Source of the DNA: Enterobacteria phage KhF1 | Sequence record: KT184313.1 | DNA length: 64,000 bases | Reading direction: 5' to 3' (one strand) | In this document: piece by piece, positions 45,344 to 54,519 of the stretch | Numbering within the stretch: position 1 is the stretch's first letter | How the letters are laid out: every line of letters begins with the position of its first letter | Translations under genes and position numbers: made by a program | Notes under the pieces: generated by a model | Seen by the model: the letters and a program-made list of their open reading frames with translations, nothing else | Told to the model about the DNA's origin: nothing | Databases searched by the model: none

Positions 45344-45423
45344 TTGGTCTCCGTTGAAGGATTTGAACCCTCGACCCCTTGCTCCCAAAGCAAGTGCTGC
45401 TAAACCAAACTGAGCTAAACGGA
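45344..45423 (-). tRNA. tRNA-Pro (anticodon TGG)
   Basis: Acceptor CTCCGTT/AACGGAG, anticodon stem CTTGC/GCAAG, loop TTTGGGA. Confidence 0.7.
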
Positions 45424-45542
45424 GATAAACTTTTCAAACTCTATGTAACCACTTTAACATTATTTTTTAGTGATTGTCAAGAACTTTTTTAAAATATTTT
45501 TCAGTATCTTAGAAAAGCTCTCATTTCGTTTCTATGTAGAAC

Positions 45543-45571
45543 ATATTAAAGGGTATTAAACACATTGTCAA
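45543..45571 (-). promoter_or_regulatory. sigma70-like promoter reading into the tRNA cluster (TTGACA, 17 nt, TAATAT)
   Basis: Reverse complement reads GGTA-TTGACA-atgtgtttaataccctt-TAATAT; sits inside inverted repeat GGGTATT...AATACCC. Confidence 0.6.
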
Positions 45572-45589
45572 TACCCTTTTTAAAACTTT

Positions 45590-47005
45590 TTACCAGATAT
45601 AACGGTCAATCATTACTGCTTTGAGCATTACACTGATTGGGTCAAACTTCTCACCACCAAGCAGAGCTTTTAAAGTGGCTGGAGAGAACCCTGATACCAT
45701 TGCTACACCGTTATCCTTAACAGATACTTCGCAAGTACCATTACGGTTTGCTAAGTACCAGAATACCAGTTGTGGCATCTCATATCCAGCTTTTTTGTAC
45801 TTACTCTGAATTGCTTCAAAGTTTGTACGTCCGTTAGCTCCATCAACCTGATTGAACTCCATATCGGAGAAGATGATAAGCTTACTTGGCATATCTTTCT
45901 GAGTCAAGTTGTTTCTTTTACCTGTTTCAAGAATGCGGTCAAAAGCTGCTTGTAAGTTAGTTGAGCCATATTCAACGTGTCGCATCACCTGACGATGACG
46001 GTTTCGTAAATCACCACTCAATTCGATGAAATGAGGGTTTGTTGAATAAACCATTAACTCGTTCTTAAAGCAACCTGTATTGCGTTCTGCTACATACAAG
46101 GCAAGGGATACACCAATATCAAGGGCAGTGATTGAACCAAGATTCACCCAAGACATTGAGCTTGAAACATCAGTCATACACAGGATGTTTTCACCTTCTG
46201 CCATCCAGTTTGGTAGTGCTTTCCACTGCTCATTAGCAACATCTGCATTACCATACTTGATAGATTTAATCACATCGTATGGATAAACAGCACCAGCATT
46301 AATCTTAGTCTCGCCCTTTGATAAGGACTCAATGTAAGATTTGTAGCGTTCTCCATCTTTACGGTTAAAGAGTTTTTGGTAACGTGCAGCAGCAAGTGAA
46401 GGAATCTTACTGTAGTCGATATTACCAAACTCATTAGCAGAGATTTTTTGTTCAACTGTATCAGATAGTGCAGACAGCAGTGTGCGGTACTCTTTCTCAC
46501 TCAAGTTTGCAAACTTGCAGAAACGTTTTACAAACTGTTTGTGACGTGGTTTTACTCGTGGTAACCACTTAGCTGCTAAACCTGCTGTTGCAGGGTCTAG
46601 TAATGCTGCTTCTAAATGTTTGAAGGCATCTGTCTCGAAACGAGTACCTACAAAGATTTTGAAGTCATCAAAGCGACCAAGCTCTGCAATCTTATCCATA
46701 ATGCGAAGAACCTGCGTAGGTTCTAAAACTTTATCTTCAATCGCTTGAAGTAAAACAGTTCGGAAAGCTTTACGCTCACCCATACCTTCTCGTACATCTC
46801 GCATATGCAGTAAAATACGAACTGCAACATCAACATCCTCATGCAAAGCTTTGTATAACAAGTCTGGTAAGATTTCTACATTGCTACGGCTGGAACCAGC
46901 AGCTTTGTAAAAGTCCACAAGAGCAGACATTGATGAAGTATGGTTTACAGCACCATTTTCAGTTCGACCTGCATGAAGGTGCGCATGTTTAAATAATTCG
47001 CTCAT
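45590..47005 (-). CDS. von Willebrand factor A (MIDAS) domain protein with N-terminal helical domain
   Basis: MIDAS-like DVSSSM (DxSxS) at about residue 275 and downstream IIFSDMEF; N-terminal 270 aa unassigned. Confidence 0.65.
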   Translation of the reverse strand: MSELFKHAHLHAGRTENGAVNHTSSMSALVDFYKAAGSSRSNVEILPDLLYKALHEDVDVAVRILLHMRDVREGMGERKAFRTVLLQAIEDKVLEPTQVLRIMDKIAELGRFDDFKIFVGTRFETDAFKHLEAALLDPATAGLAAKWLPRVKPRHKQFVKRFCKFANLSEKEYRTLLSALSDTVEQKISANEFGNIDYSKIPSLAAARYQKLFNRKDGERYKSYIESLSKGETKINAGAVYPYDVIKSIKYGNADVANEQWKALPNWMAEGENILCMTDVSSSMSWVNLGSITALDIGVSLALYVAERNTGCFKNELMVYSTNPHFIELSGDLRNRHRQVMRHVEYGSTNLQAAFDRILETGKRNNLTQKDMPSKLIIFSDMEFNQVDGANGRTNFEAIQSKYKKAGYEMPQLVFWYLANRNGTCEVSVKDNGVAMVSGFSPATLKALLGGEKFDPISVMLKAVMIDRYIW

Positions 47006-47086
47006 ATTTTACTCTCTTCTCTCATTTGTTGTTTGATGTGACAGACTTTAGAGCAACCTTGTAGAGTCTGTCAACACCTTTTAAAA

Positions 47087-47458
47087 TTATTTTTTAAGAG
47101 TCGCTACAGCAGAGAACGTTGGTTTGTTATCTGTCTGAGGTTGACCACCGTTATCAGGGGTCTTCTTAGTGTCTGCTGCAATTGCTTTCATCTCACCTGC
47201 TGAGTGAGTCATGATAGTTTTACCAACTTCAATCATGCTCTTGATGGTTACGTCATCTGTGTTTAACCCGAACTCTGCAAGCTTAGCAGCATCCCTTGTA
47301 ACAATCGCTTCAAATAACTTTGCAGCAAACTCAGCAGAATTGTCAATGGTCAGTTGAGCTTTTACAAGTGAGCTTTTGTTGCGAGAGCCTTTTGGTCTTC
47401 CAGATGGGTTTCCAGATTGGCCTTTTTTAAACTGGCCTTTGTTTGTTCTGTTTTTCAT
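47087..47458 (-). CDS. small basic protein
   Basis: N-terminus GQFKKGQSGNPSGRPKGSRNKSS; first gene of minus operon that includes the vWA protein. Confidence 0.5.
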   Translation of the reverse strand: MKNRTNKGQFKKGQSGNPSGRPKGSRNKSSLVKAQLTIDNSAEFAAKLFEAIVTRDAAKLAEFGLNTDDVTIKSMIEVGKTIMTHSAGEMKAIAADTKKTPDNGGQPQTDNKPTFSAVATLKK

Positions 47459-48077
47459 TGGTATGCCTCTTATAAGACCTCTTAAAAGGCTTTTAAGATA
47501 AAAGATAGATATCCAGAAAGATATCTGTTTAAATAGCCTTTTTAGAGGAACCTTTTAAGTTATCTTCTAAGTATTTATAAGCCTACACCTTGTCAAGTAC
47601 TTTGTCAACAACTTTTTTAACTTGCAATAGTTCTTGACTTGTTGTATGGATTACTGTACCATCTTACTTAAAGCTGTAGGTCTGCCTTGTTCTACAAAGG
47701 AGACTTAATGAGAAAATCAAATAACCCGAAGAAAGGTAAAAATACCAATCACTGTAAGGAATCAAAAAGGGTAGAGTTACTCTACTATTCATCCTCTGAA
47801 ATTGGTCTGTACCTGTTCTTTCAAAATTACAGAAGACAAGAGGATTATCTATGTGTAGTTCCCAATTAGAAATCGCAGATATTATAGATTTATATAAAAC
47901 TGCAAAGAGTCATGGCTATATAACCTCAATTGGAAAGAATAGTCACTACGATGCTTTGACTGGAATGTATTTCAGGGCAATGGCTCAATCTAGTGAACAA
48001 CACTTAATGGTTTCTTCCAGTGAGTTTACTTCGTTTCTCTATTGCAGCAAAATCATAAATCGCAGGAGAACTGAAAA

Positions 48078-48668
48078 ATGTTAACAGTAAGTTTTAATTA
48101 CAATAGTGATGGCTCTGTATCAATTAATTCACCATATGCAAATGACCTGCTTAAAGAGCTAGTCAATCAGTGTGATAGAGGTCTTCACTATGTTCAAAAT
48201 TCTTTTAAACAGAAGACTATTGCTAATAACTTGATGCGTGTAACAGTGACGCCATCGAATCCAAATTATGACTTTGATAGTGAAAGTCCGTACTCATTAG
48301 TTGCGCTTGGAGAGAGCAGCCAATTCAAACTTGTTTGCCACGACTCAGAAACATTTCTTAAGGTATTTTCCAACCTTATCCATAATAATAAGTACAGCTA
48401 CGTTGATGGTAGTGTAAACTTCTATCCAGCAAACTATACATGTTTGTTGGTTGATAATATGAGAAAAAGTAAGCAAGAACCTACAGAAATTTCATTTGAT
48501 GTGAACTCTAGTCCAGACGCAGAAACAAGTAAGAACTTCGATATGAGTTACGCATTGTCACTCAGTAAGAAATCCGAGTTCATTGATTATGTCAATGGAT
48601 TTGGTTTTAAGTTTGATGAGAGTATGAATCTTAAAAAACTTAAGAACCTACTTAAGACCAAAGCTTAA
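48078..48668 (+). CDS. hypothetical protein
   Basis: ORF track, 196 aa; terminator-like hairpin downstream. Confidence 0.45.
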   Translation: MLTVSFNYNSDGSVSINSPYANDLLKELVNQCDRGLHYVQNSFKQKTIANNLMRVTVTPSNPNYDFDSESPYSLVALGESSQFKLVCHDSETFLKVFSNLIHNNKYSYVDGSVNFYPANYTCLLVDNMRKSKQEPTEISFDVNSSPDAETSKNFDMSYALSLSKKSEFIDYVNGFGFKFDESMNLKKLKNLLKTKA

Positions 48669-48677
48669 GTGTGAATA

Positions 48678-48700
48678 GGGGCTGATGCCCCTTTAACTAT
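48678..48700 (+). terminator. rho-independent terminator (weak)
   Basis: GGGGC-tgat-GCCCC hairpin then TTTAACTATTT. Confidence 0.45.
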
Positions 48701-48715
48701 TTATAAGGATATTTA

Positions 48716-49087
48716 ATGAAAGCTAAGAGTGCAAAAGACTTTTATTGCTTCCTACAATCCTATATCAATTCCGTGCAAAATGGTGAAAGGTACAACCTTA
48801 ATGATGTTATCCCGACACCTTTGACATGGAGACTAAGTAAATGGCCTGAAGAAGATATTACACCAACAATCGAACAACGCACCTACAAACCCGAAATCAA
48901 TATTCCAGACTCTGAGAATCTATTATATCCAATGTTCCATATTGTTGGTCTTGGAAGATTCCTTATGGATATTCAGTATGTAATTGGTAAAGGTTATAAG
49001 GTTAAAGGTATTGTTGTTGGTGATGTATCTCCGCATCACAAAGGTTATTTTAGACTAAACGCACATTTAGAGGCTAAAAAGAAATGA
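48716..49087 (+). CDS. hypothetical protein, paralogous to N-terminal domain of the next gene
   Basis: Shares conserved positions with 49084..49968 product (KAK..DF, RY, WPE.DI, YKP, LLY, FMDLQY.I..GK). Confidence 0.5.
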   Translation: MKAKSAKDFYCFLQSYINSVQNGERYNLNDVIPTPLTWRLSKWPEEDITPTIEQRTYKPEINIPDSENLLYPMFHIVGLGRFLMDIQYVIGKGYKVKGIVVGDVSPHHKGYFRLNAHLEAKKK

Positions 49088-49968
49088 TTAAAGCAAAGAC
49101 TTACCCAGACTTCAAAGAGTTTGTGAAGGGCTTCATTGCAAACGTAAAGGCTGGTAAGAGGTATGATTTTAGAACATATCAAGAGGCTATTTTACCACTT
49201 ACCTATAGCTCGTATTGGCCTGAAGCTGATATTGCAGAAGTTGAGAAGTTTGACTATAAACCAGACTATAAAGTTCCTTTTAGTGATGAACTCCTTTACA
49301 GTGTTGGTGCACAGATGAGAACTGCTGATTTCTTCATGGATTTGCAGTATGCAATCATCAATGGTAAAGATGTTGACACTATTTACTGTGAATGGTTGGC
49401 AAGAGTTAAGCCGTTCTCAATGTTGAATGCTAAGCTGAAGGATGCTATCAAGCCACCAGCAATTACTCAGCAACCAACAGGTCAAACAGTCAATGAGGGT
49501 GGCACACTTACCCTAAGCATTCTAGCAACTAACGCCACTGGATATCAGTGGAAGAAGGATGGTGAGGATATCCCTAGTGCCAATTCTGCAACTTACACAA
49601 AACAGTCAGTAGCACCTTCTGATGCTGGTTCATACACTTGTGTTGTATCTGGAGAGGGTGGAACAAGTGTTACCTCAGATGCAGCAACAGTGACTGTGAA
49701 TGCACTTCCAGTAATCACTCAACAGCCAACCAATCAAGAAATCACTGAAGGTGAAACCTTAACGCTGAATGTTGTGGCAACAGGTGCGACAGGTTACCAG
49801 TGGAAGAAAGGTGAGGAAGACATCCTCGATGCAACTACTGCAACTTACACCAAAGAAGGTGCAACCGCTGCTGATTCAGGAAGCTACACCTGTGTAGTGA
49901 CTGGTGCAGGTGGTTCTGTAACGTCTAATGCTGCAACAGTTACTGTTAACCCAGCAGGGGAGGCATAA
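49084..49968 (+). CDS. protein with N-terminal paralogous domain and two tandem Ig-like domains
   Basis: Two ~85-aa repeats each with GYQWKK...ATYT...GSYTCVV (Ig I-set-like strand pattern). Confidence 0.6.
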   Translation: MIKAKTYPDFKEFVKGFIANVKAGKRYDFRTYQEAILPLTYSSYWPEADIAEVEKFDYKPDYKVPFSDELLYSVGAQMRTADFFMDLQYAIINGKDVDTIYCEWLARVKPFSMLNAKLKDAIKPPAITQQPTGQTVNEGGTLTLSILATNATGYQWKKDGEDIPSANSATYTKQSVAPSDAGSYTCVVSGEGGTSVTSDAATVTVNALPVITQQPTNQEITEGETLTLNVVATGATGYQWKKGEEDILDATTATYTKEGATAADSGSYTCVVTGAGGSVTSNAATVTVNPAGEA

Positions 49969-50432
49969 TGCAACTCTCAAGAAAAGGTTTAGAAGCTATT
50001 AAGTTCTTCGAAGGTCTTGAGTTAGAGGCTTACGAAGACTCTGCCGGAATCCCAACAATCGGGTATGGTACAATTCGTATTGACGGAAAACCTGTTAAGA
50101 TGGGAATGAAAATCACCGCTGAACAAGCTGAACAGTATCTTCTCGCGGATGTTGAGAAGTTTGTTGCAGCAGTGAACAAAGCTATCAAGGTTCCAACTAC
50201 TCAGAATGAGTTCGATGCACTTGTAAGTGAAACATACAACATCGGTATCACAGCTATGCAGGATTCCACATTTATCAAGCGCCACAATGCTGGTAATAAG
50301 GTAGGTTGTGCAGAAGCTATGCAGTGGTGGAACAAGGTTACAGTCAAAGGTAAGAAGGTCACTTCAAACGGTCTTAAAAACAGACGTAGGATGGAAGCTG
50401 ACATTTATCTTGACAGTGTATACCCAAAGTAA
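49968..50432 (+). CDS. endolysin, T4 lysozyme family (GH24)
   Basis: N-terminal FEGLELEAYEDSAGIPTIGYGT catalytic Glu/Asp/Thr signature; about 154 aa. Confidence 0.8.
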   Translation: MQLSRKGLEAIKFFEGLELEAYEDSAGIPTIGYGTIRIDGKPVKMGMKITAEQAEQYLLADVEKFVAAVNKAIKVPTTQNEFDALVSETYNIGITAMQDSTFIKRHNAGNKVGCAEAMQWWNKVTVKGKKVTSNGLKNRRRMEADIYLDSVYPK

Positions 50433-50442
50433 TATCTTCATA

Positions 50443-50470
50443 GGCTCCTTCGGGAGCCTTTTTTATTTTC
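50443..50470 (+). terminator. rho-independent terminator after endolysin
   Basis: GGCTCC-TTCG-GGAGCC hairpin followed by TTTTTTATTTT. Confidence 0.75.
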
Positions 50471-50483
50471 TAAGGAGAAAACT

Positions 50484-50882
50484 ATGAAACTTTGGGCTAG
50501 TGACTTTGGAACTTTTAAGTACACTCGTAATGGCTCGCTTGTACGCATTGTAGGAAACAATGTGGTTTCAAGAGGCGACAAGGTATATACACGGTTTACT
50601 GTAGAACTTGTTGAATTGTCACCTATTGAGTCTGTGAACAATGGCCTGTTCAAGTTTGAGACTTACAATGTCAACGAACATGGACAATTCAACCCTCTTG
50701 GTGAAAGTGGACTTGATATTATTTCAGAGCACCCATTGACAAAAGAGCAACTCGCAAGTTATTATAAAACTGTTCTGGAAAGGCAGTTAGCAACACATGA
50801 ACAAGAAGCTAACTATCATTTACAACATTGCGAAGCTTTAAGAGCAAAAATAGAACAAGCAGAGAGAGGTTTTTATGAATAA
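50484..50882 (+). CDS. hypothetical protein
   Basis: ORF track; AGGAGA SD. Confidence 0.45.
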   Translation: MKLWASDFGTFKYTRNGSLVRIVGNNVVSRGDKVYTRFTVELVELSPIESVNNGLFKFETYNVNEHGQFNPLGESGLDIISEHPLTKEQLASYYKTVLERQLATHEQEANYHLQHCEALRAKIEQAERGFYE

Positions 50883-51264
50883 AGAGATTCAAGTAAAAGT
50901 TGACACCTTTGGCCATGATGGTCGAGAAGATGCTGGACTTGCTGACGCAGTGATTTTTGAGTGTAATGGAAATATTAGTCTTCGCTTTACAGGCTCAGGT
51001 AGCACCCTTCGCAGAATGCGAGATGATGCAGATGGTTGCCCTGTATTTGGTTGGTATGACATGGAGTTTCCTCTTTACGCCATCCATTATCCAGATGGTG
51101 GAGAAGACTGGACAACTCAATCAATCCGCGATGAGCTTAATGGCATTCCAGTTGAGCAAGAAGAGCAAGAGCCTGTTGAACTCACATTCACTTTTATCAA
51201 AGAAGAGAAAGTTGGTGATTTGTCTGTAACTGAAGCAATTCAAGTCTCACAGGTTATTCGTTAA
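50875..51264 (+). CDS. hypothetical protein
   Basis: ORF track; overlapping start. Confidence 0.45.
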   Translation: MNKEIQVKVDTFGHDGREDAGLADAVIFECNGNISLRFTGSGSTLRRMRDDADGCPVFGWYDMEFPLYAIHYPDGGEDWTTQSIRDELNGIPVEQEEQEPVELTFTFIKEEKVGDLSVTEAIQVSQVIR

Positions 51265-51557
51265 TGAGTAAAGTACAGGTTGTTTTCCCTATTTGTGACT
51301 TCTCACTAGAGCGTGAACTTGACCTGTACGAAGAAATTACTGACGAAATTATCTGGTCTGTTGTAGAAGAGGCTATCAAGAAGCTGTATGGTGGCCTCTT
51401 AAATCCATCAAGTAAGAAGTTAAGCACTAAGCAAGTAGCTGACCCATATGTTTCATACGATGCCTACAACAAGCCTTTTGAAAATACCTGCTTTGACCTT
51501 ATGGTAGGTAATAACAAAGTCAACTATTTCTTCGTCAGAGAGTTTAACGATGAGTAA
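51264..51557 (+). CDS. hypothetical protein
   Basis: ORF track. Confidence 0.45.
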   Translation: MSKVQVVFPICDFSLERELDLYEEITDEIIWSVVEEAIKKLYGGLLNPSSKKLSTKQVADPYVSYDAYNKPFENTCFDLMVGNNKVNYFFVREFNDE

Positions 51558-51894
51558 GCTCCATGTCACAGTTTACAAAAACTTCTCAGATATCAAAGAG
51601 TCTTTAACAAATAAGCTTGACTTACAACGTAAAAGACTCTTTTTAATGTATGACATAGACAACTACAACCATCCTAAAGAGTTTAACTACAAAGATGGTA
51701 CAAAGGTTGTTGAGTTTGAAGATTCTGTGACGGTGTATGTCAAGCATGACTTACCAGCAAAGTATATAGGGATGTTAGAGTACTACATATTCAAACACAC
51801 TGGTATGCGTGGTGAGTCTGTCAAGATATCTTCTATAGAAGTTTTTGAGAAACCTAACACACAACTTAAAAAGTATTTAATGAGGAAACTGTAA
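51550..51894 (+). CDS. hypothetical protein
   Basis: ORF track. Confidence 0.45.
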   Translation: MSKLHVTVYKNFSDIKESLTNKLDLQRKRLFLMYDIDNYNHPKEFNYKDGTKVVEFEDSVTVYVKHDLPAKYIGMLEYYIFKHTGMRGESVKISSIEVFEKPNTQLKKYLMRKL

Positions 51895-52484
51895 TGTCCG
51901 AAGAGCAACAGAATATTACCCCACAAGTAACACTAGTCCAACATTTTGGGAACATTGAAGGTTGTGTTGCACTTTTTCAACCAAATATCAATTCTCCTGC
52001 AAAAGTCTGTAAGTTGACTATGAATGTCAACAATATCAGTGTTTGCCTTGTTGACGAAGTACAATACTTCAAATTCAATGACAGAGAAGTTGATGCTGCA
52101 CTATTGAAGTATCGAGCAAGCCTCGAAAAAGATATTGACCACAAAGAACTTGTAACACTGTTTGGTGACCTTCACAAGCTTCTTGAAAAGGTTATTAAGC
52201 GTACATACTACATGAACAATGGTTCAATCATCACAACTTTGATTTCTCCATGTATCTCAGAGCCAATTCTGACTGATGAAGGTGGATACTACGTAGTGGC
52301 ATCAGCAGATTCTGATTGGTGGATGAAAAATACAGCACTTAAGACAGTTATTGAGGCTATTCGTGAGCATATCCCTTCATTCAGCCCGTGGAAAGGTAAA
52401 GGTGATGACTTTATCGCACTATTGAGTGAAGAAAGTAGCAAACGCAGTGCATTAATGCCTAAGAAGTACTCTTGCCGAGTATAA
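51894..52484 (+). CDS. hypothetical protein
   Basis: ORF track. Confidence 0.45.
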   Translation: MSEEQQNITPQVTLVQHFGNIEGCVALFQPNINSPAKVCKLTMNVNNISVCLVDEVQYFKFNDREVDAALLKYRASLEKDIDHKELVTLFGDLHKLLEKVIKRTYYMNNGSIITTLISPCISEPILTDEGGYYVVASADSDWWMKNTALKTVIEAIREHIPSFSPWKGKGDDFIALLSEESSKRSALMPKKYSCRV

Positions 52485-52556
52485 AATATTGACTATAATG
52501 GGAGCTATCGAGAGGTAGTTCCCTTTTTAGCTTCTTAAGAAGATGCGTGGTGAAAA

Positions 52557-52775
52557 ATGAAAAAACTAACTACAGTTGAAGATTACTACAAACTGTCCCT
52601 ATTAGAACAATATCGTAGGAGTCAGAATATCAGAAAATGCTATGGTAAACACGCTGAAGGTGACTTTTACCGTTGCTACGATGCAGATTTAAAAGGTGTA
52701 ACACCTAGAGGGAAAGTCCTGCAAAGACTTGTTGACCTTGAGTGGAATAAACGATTGAGAGGGATTGGAAAATGA
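52557..52775 (+). CDS. hypothetical protein
   Basis: ORF track. Confidence 0.4.
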   Translation: MKKLTTVEDYYKLSLLEQYRRSQNIRKCYGKHAEGDFYRCYDADLKGVTPRGKVLQRLVDLEWNKRLRGIGK

Positions 52776-53275
52776 TTTATGAAGAAAGATACAAAATAGA
52801 CTATCAAGATACTCGTCATCACACCTCTTTGAGAGTAACCAAACCAAATGGGGATACTGGTATCATAGCGCATTTTGGTGGTGATTATTGGTATGGTACA
52901 GGTTGCTTTGAAGGCTACACTCAAGAATACTTGAAAGCTTTCTACAGAGACTTTACAAATGACTACAACAGGGTTGTTGAAGAGAAGAATAAGTGCATTA
53001 AGCATGAATACCATGCCAGAGGTTGTCTGAATATTGCTATGATACTGGTTTTCTTCTTAGCAACATTACTAGCTGTATCAGCAATCAGCTACATAGCTCA
53101 AGACTTGACCATTACACAGATTACTGCAAAGTTGCATGATGTCTGGTACTTGTATGCTGTTCCTTTAGCTGGTATCATAATCTCACTACTAAGATTCAGA
53201 GTTCATAAGAAACGGCTTAAGGACTCTGAGGTTAAACTTGAAGAGGTAAGTAAAGAATGCAACCTACAATTATAG
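52772..53275 (+). CDS. membrane protein
   Basis: Two C-terminal hydrophobic helices (IAMILVFFLATLLAVSAI, YLYAVPLAGIIISLL). Confidence 0.45.
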   Translation: MIYEERYKIDYQDTRHHTSLRVTKPNGDTGIIAHFGGDYWYGTGCFEGYTQEYLKAFYRDFTNDYNRVVEEKNKCIKHEYHARGCLNIAMILVFFLATLLAVSAISYIAQDLTITQITAKLHDVWYLYAVPLAGIIISLLRFRVHKKRLKDSEVKLEEVSKECNLQL

Positions 53276-53351
53276 CTGTATGTGTTCGTTTTGCAATCGC
53301 TGAAATGATTAACAAGGCAATCTTAAAAGATGCCTATGGAGAGACTAAGTA

Positions 53352-53576
53352 ATGATTAAGACACCTGTACCAATTTTTGGATTTCCTTCTATAGAAGAGT
53401 TCAAAGTTTATCTTGACAAAAACTTCTACAACGAGCAGCCTGTTACTTTGCTGAAGAGTGACTTATCAGAGCTTCTTGATATGGTTATCAAGGCAACTTC
53501 TGAGAAGGAACCTGAGCAGAAAGCTGAGAAGAAGACTAGTAAGAAATCTGATAAGAAGACTGAAAAGTCTGAGTAG
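53352..53576 (+). CDS. hypothetical protein with lysine-rich C-terminus
   Basis: ORF track. Confidence 0.4.
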   Translation: MIKTPVPIFGFPSIEEFKVYLDKNFYNEQPVTLLKSDLSELLDMVIKATSEKEPEQKAEKKTSKKSDKKTEKSE

Positions 53577-53629
53577 TAACTTGAGGGGTTACTTGATAGC
53601 CCCTTTGTAGAAACTTAGAAGGTAGCGAA

Positions 53630-54052
53630 ATGAAAGAGCTTATTGGTAAAAGATTGACAGTTTACTGCTCTAAAACAAAGAAACCACTCACTTCTGTGAA
53701 GGTTTTTGATGTTGACACCACTGGTGTAGAGTACCCAATCCAATGCACAATAATTACTCCATTCAATGCAGATGATATGGATTTTAAAGAGTGTGAAGTG
53801 ATATCTTTTAATGCTGATGGGTATTGGAGAGGTAAGTTAAACAAGCAATCAAAAGATTTTGATATGCAAATCCTTATCAATGAAGGCTATATCTGTGTAA
53901 AAGATATCCTCGTAGAAGCCTATGAAGAAGGTATAATTGATATTGTGCATGATGTTGAAAAAGCTTTAAAGCTTGTTATGCCGCATTTAGAATCTGGAAA
54001 GCTGACTTTAGAGATGCTTAATAGGGTTATTCGGAGAGCTTATGAAAATTAA
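53630..54052 (+). CDS. hypothetical protein
   Basis: ORF track; GGTAGCGAA SD. Confidence 0.45.
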   Translation: MKELIGKRLTVYCSKTKKPLTSVKVFDVDTTGVEYPIQCTIITPFNADDMDFKECEVISFNADGYWRGKLNKQSKDFDMQILINEGYICVKDILVEAYEEGIIDIVHDVEKALKLVMPHLESGKLTLEMLNRVIRRAYEN

Positions 54053-54506
54053 AGAAGTAGTGCAAAGAGCAATGCTTGACAATTCTACTAAAGATGAGAT
54101 GTACACAGAAATTTGTGATAAGTTGAACTGCTCAAGACATGCTGCTAAGGTTCTTGTACATTGTTTTATTTGGGAATGCTCAGAAGCCTATATGAAACAC
54201 GTAGCTTTTGAGAGTTCTCATTTACTCGGTGATGCAAAAATAGGTGTAGCACTAAAAGAGCCTGAGATGAAAACAGTACCTAAAGTTGGTAATGTGTATA
54301 AACTAAAAAATTTTATTACAGGCGAGATTGTTGCAGAAGGTGAAGTGCAACAGGTTTATCATGATGGTAAATATCTGTTTAAGATATTCGAGTATGATAG
54401 TCGTTACAGACACTTATGTGGTATTACATTTTTAGTTTCAGAGGATGACCTCATCAAGAACAATAGTAATAAATTCGCAGTACCAGAATATCAAGTTTTA
54501 CGATAA
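54042..54506 (+). CDS. hypothetical protein
   Basis: ORF track. Confidence 0.45.
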   Translation: MKIKEVVQRAMLDNSTKDEMYTEICDKLNCSRHAAKVLVHCFIWECSEAYMKHVAFESSHLLGDAKIGVALKEPEMKTVPKVGNVYKLKNFITGEIVAEGEVQQVYHDGKYLFKIFEYDSRYRHLCGITFLVSEDDLIKNNSNKFAVPEYQVLR

Positions 54507-54519
54507 TGGTGTGATAGAT

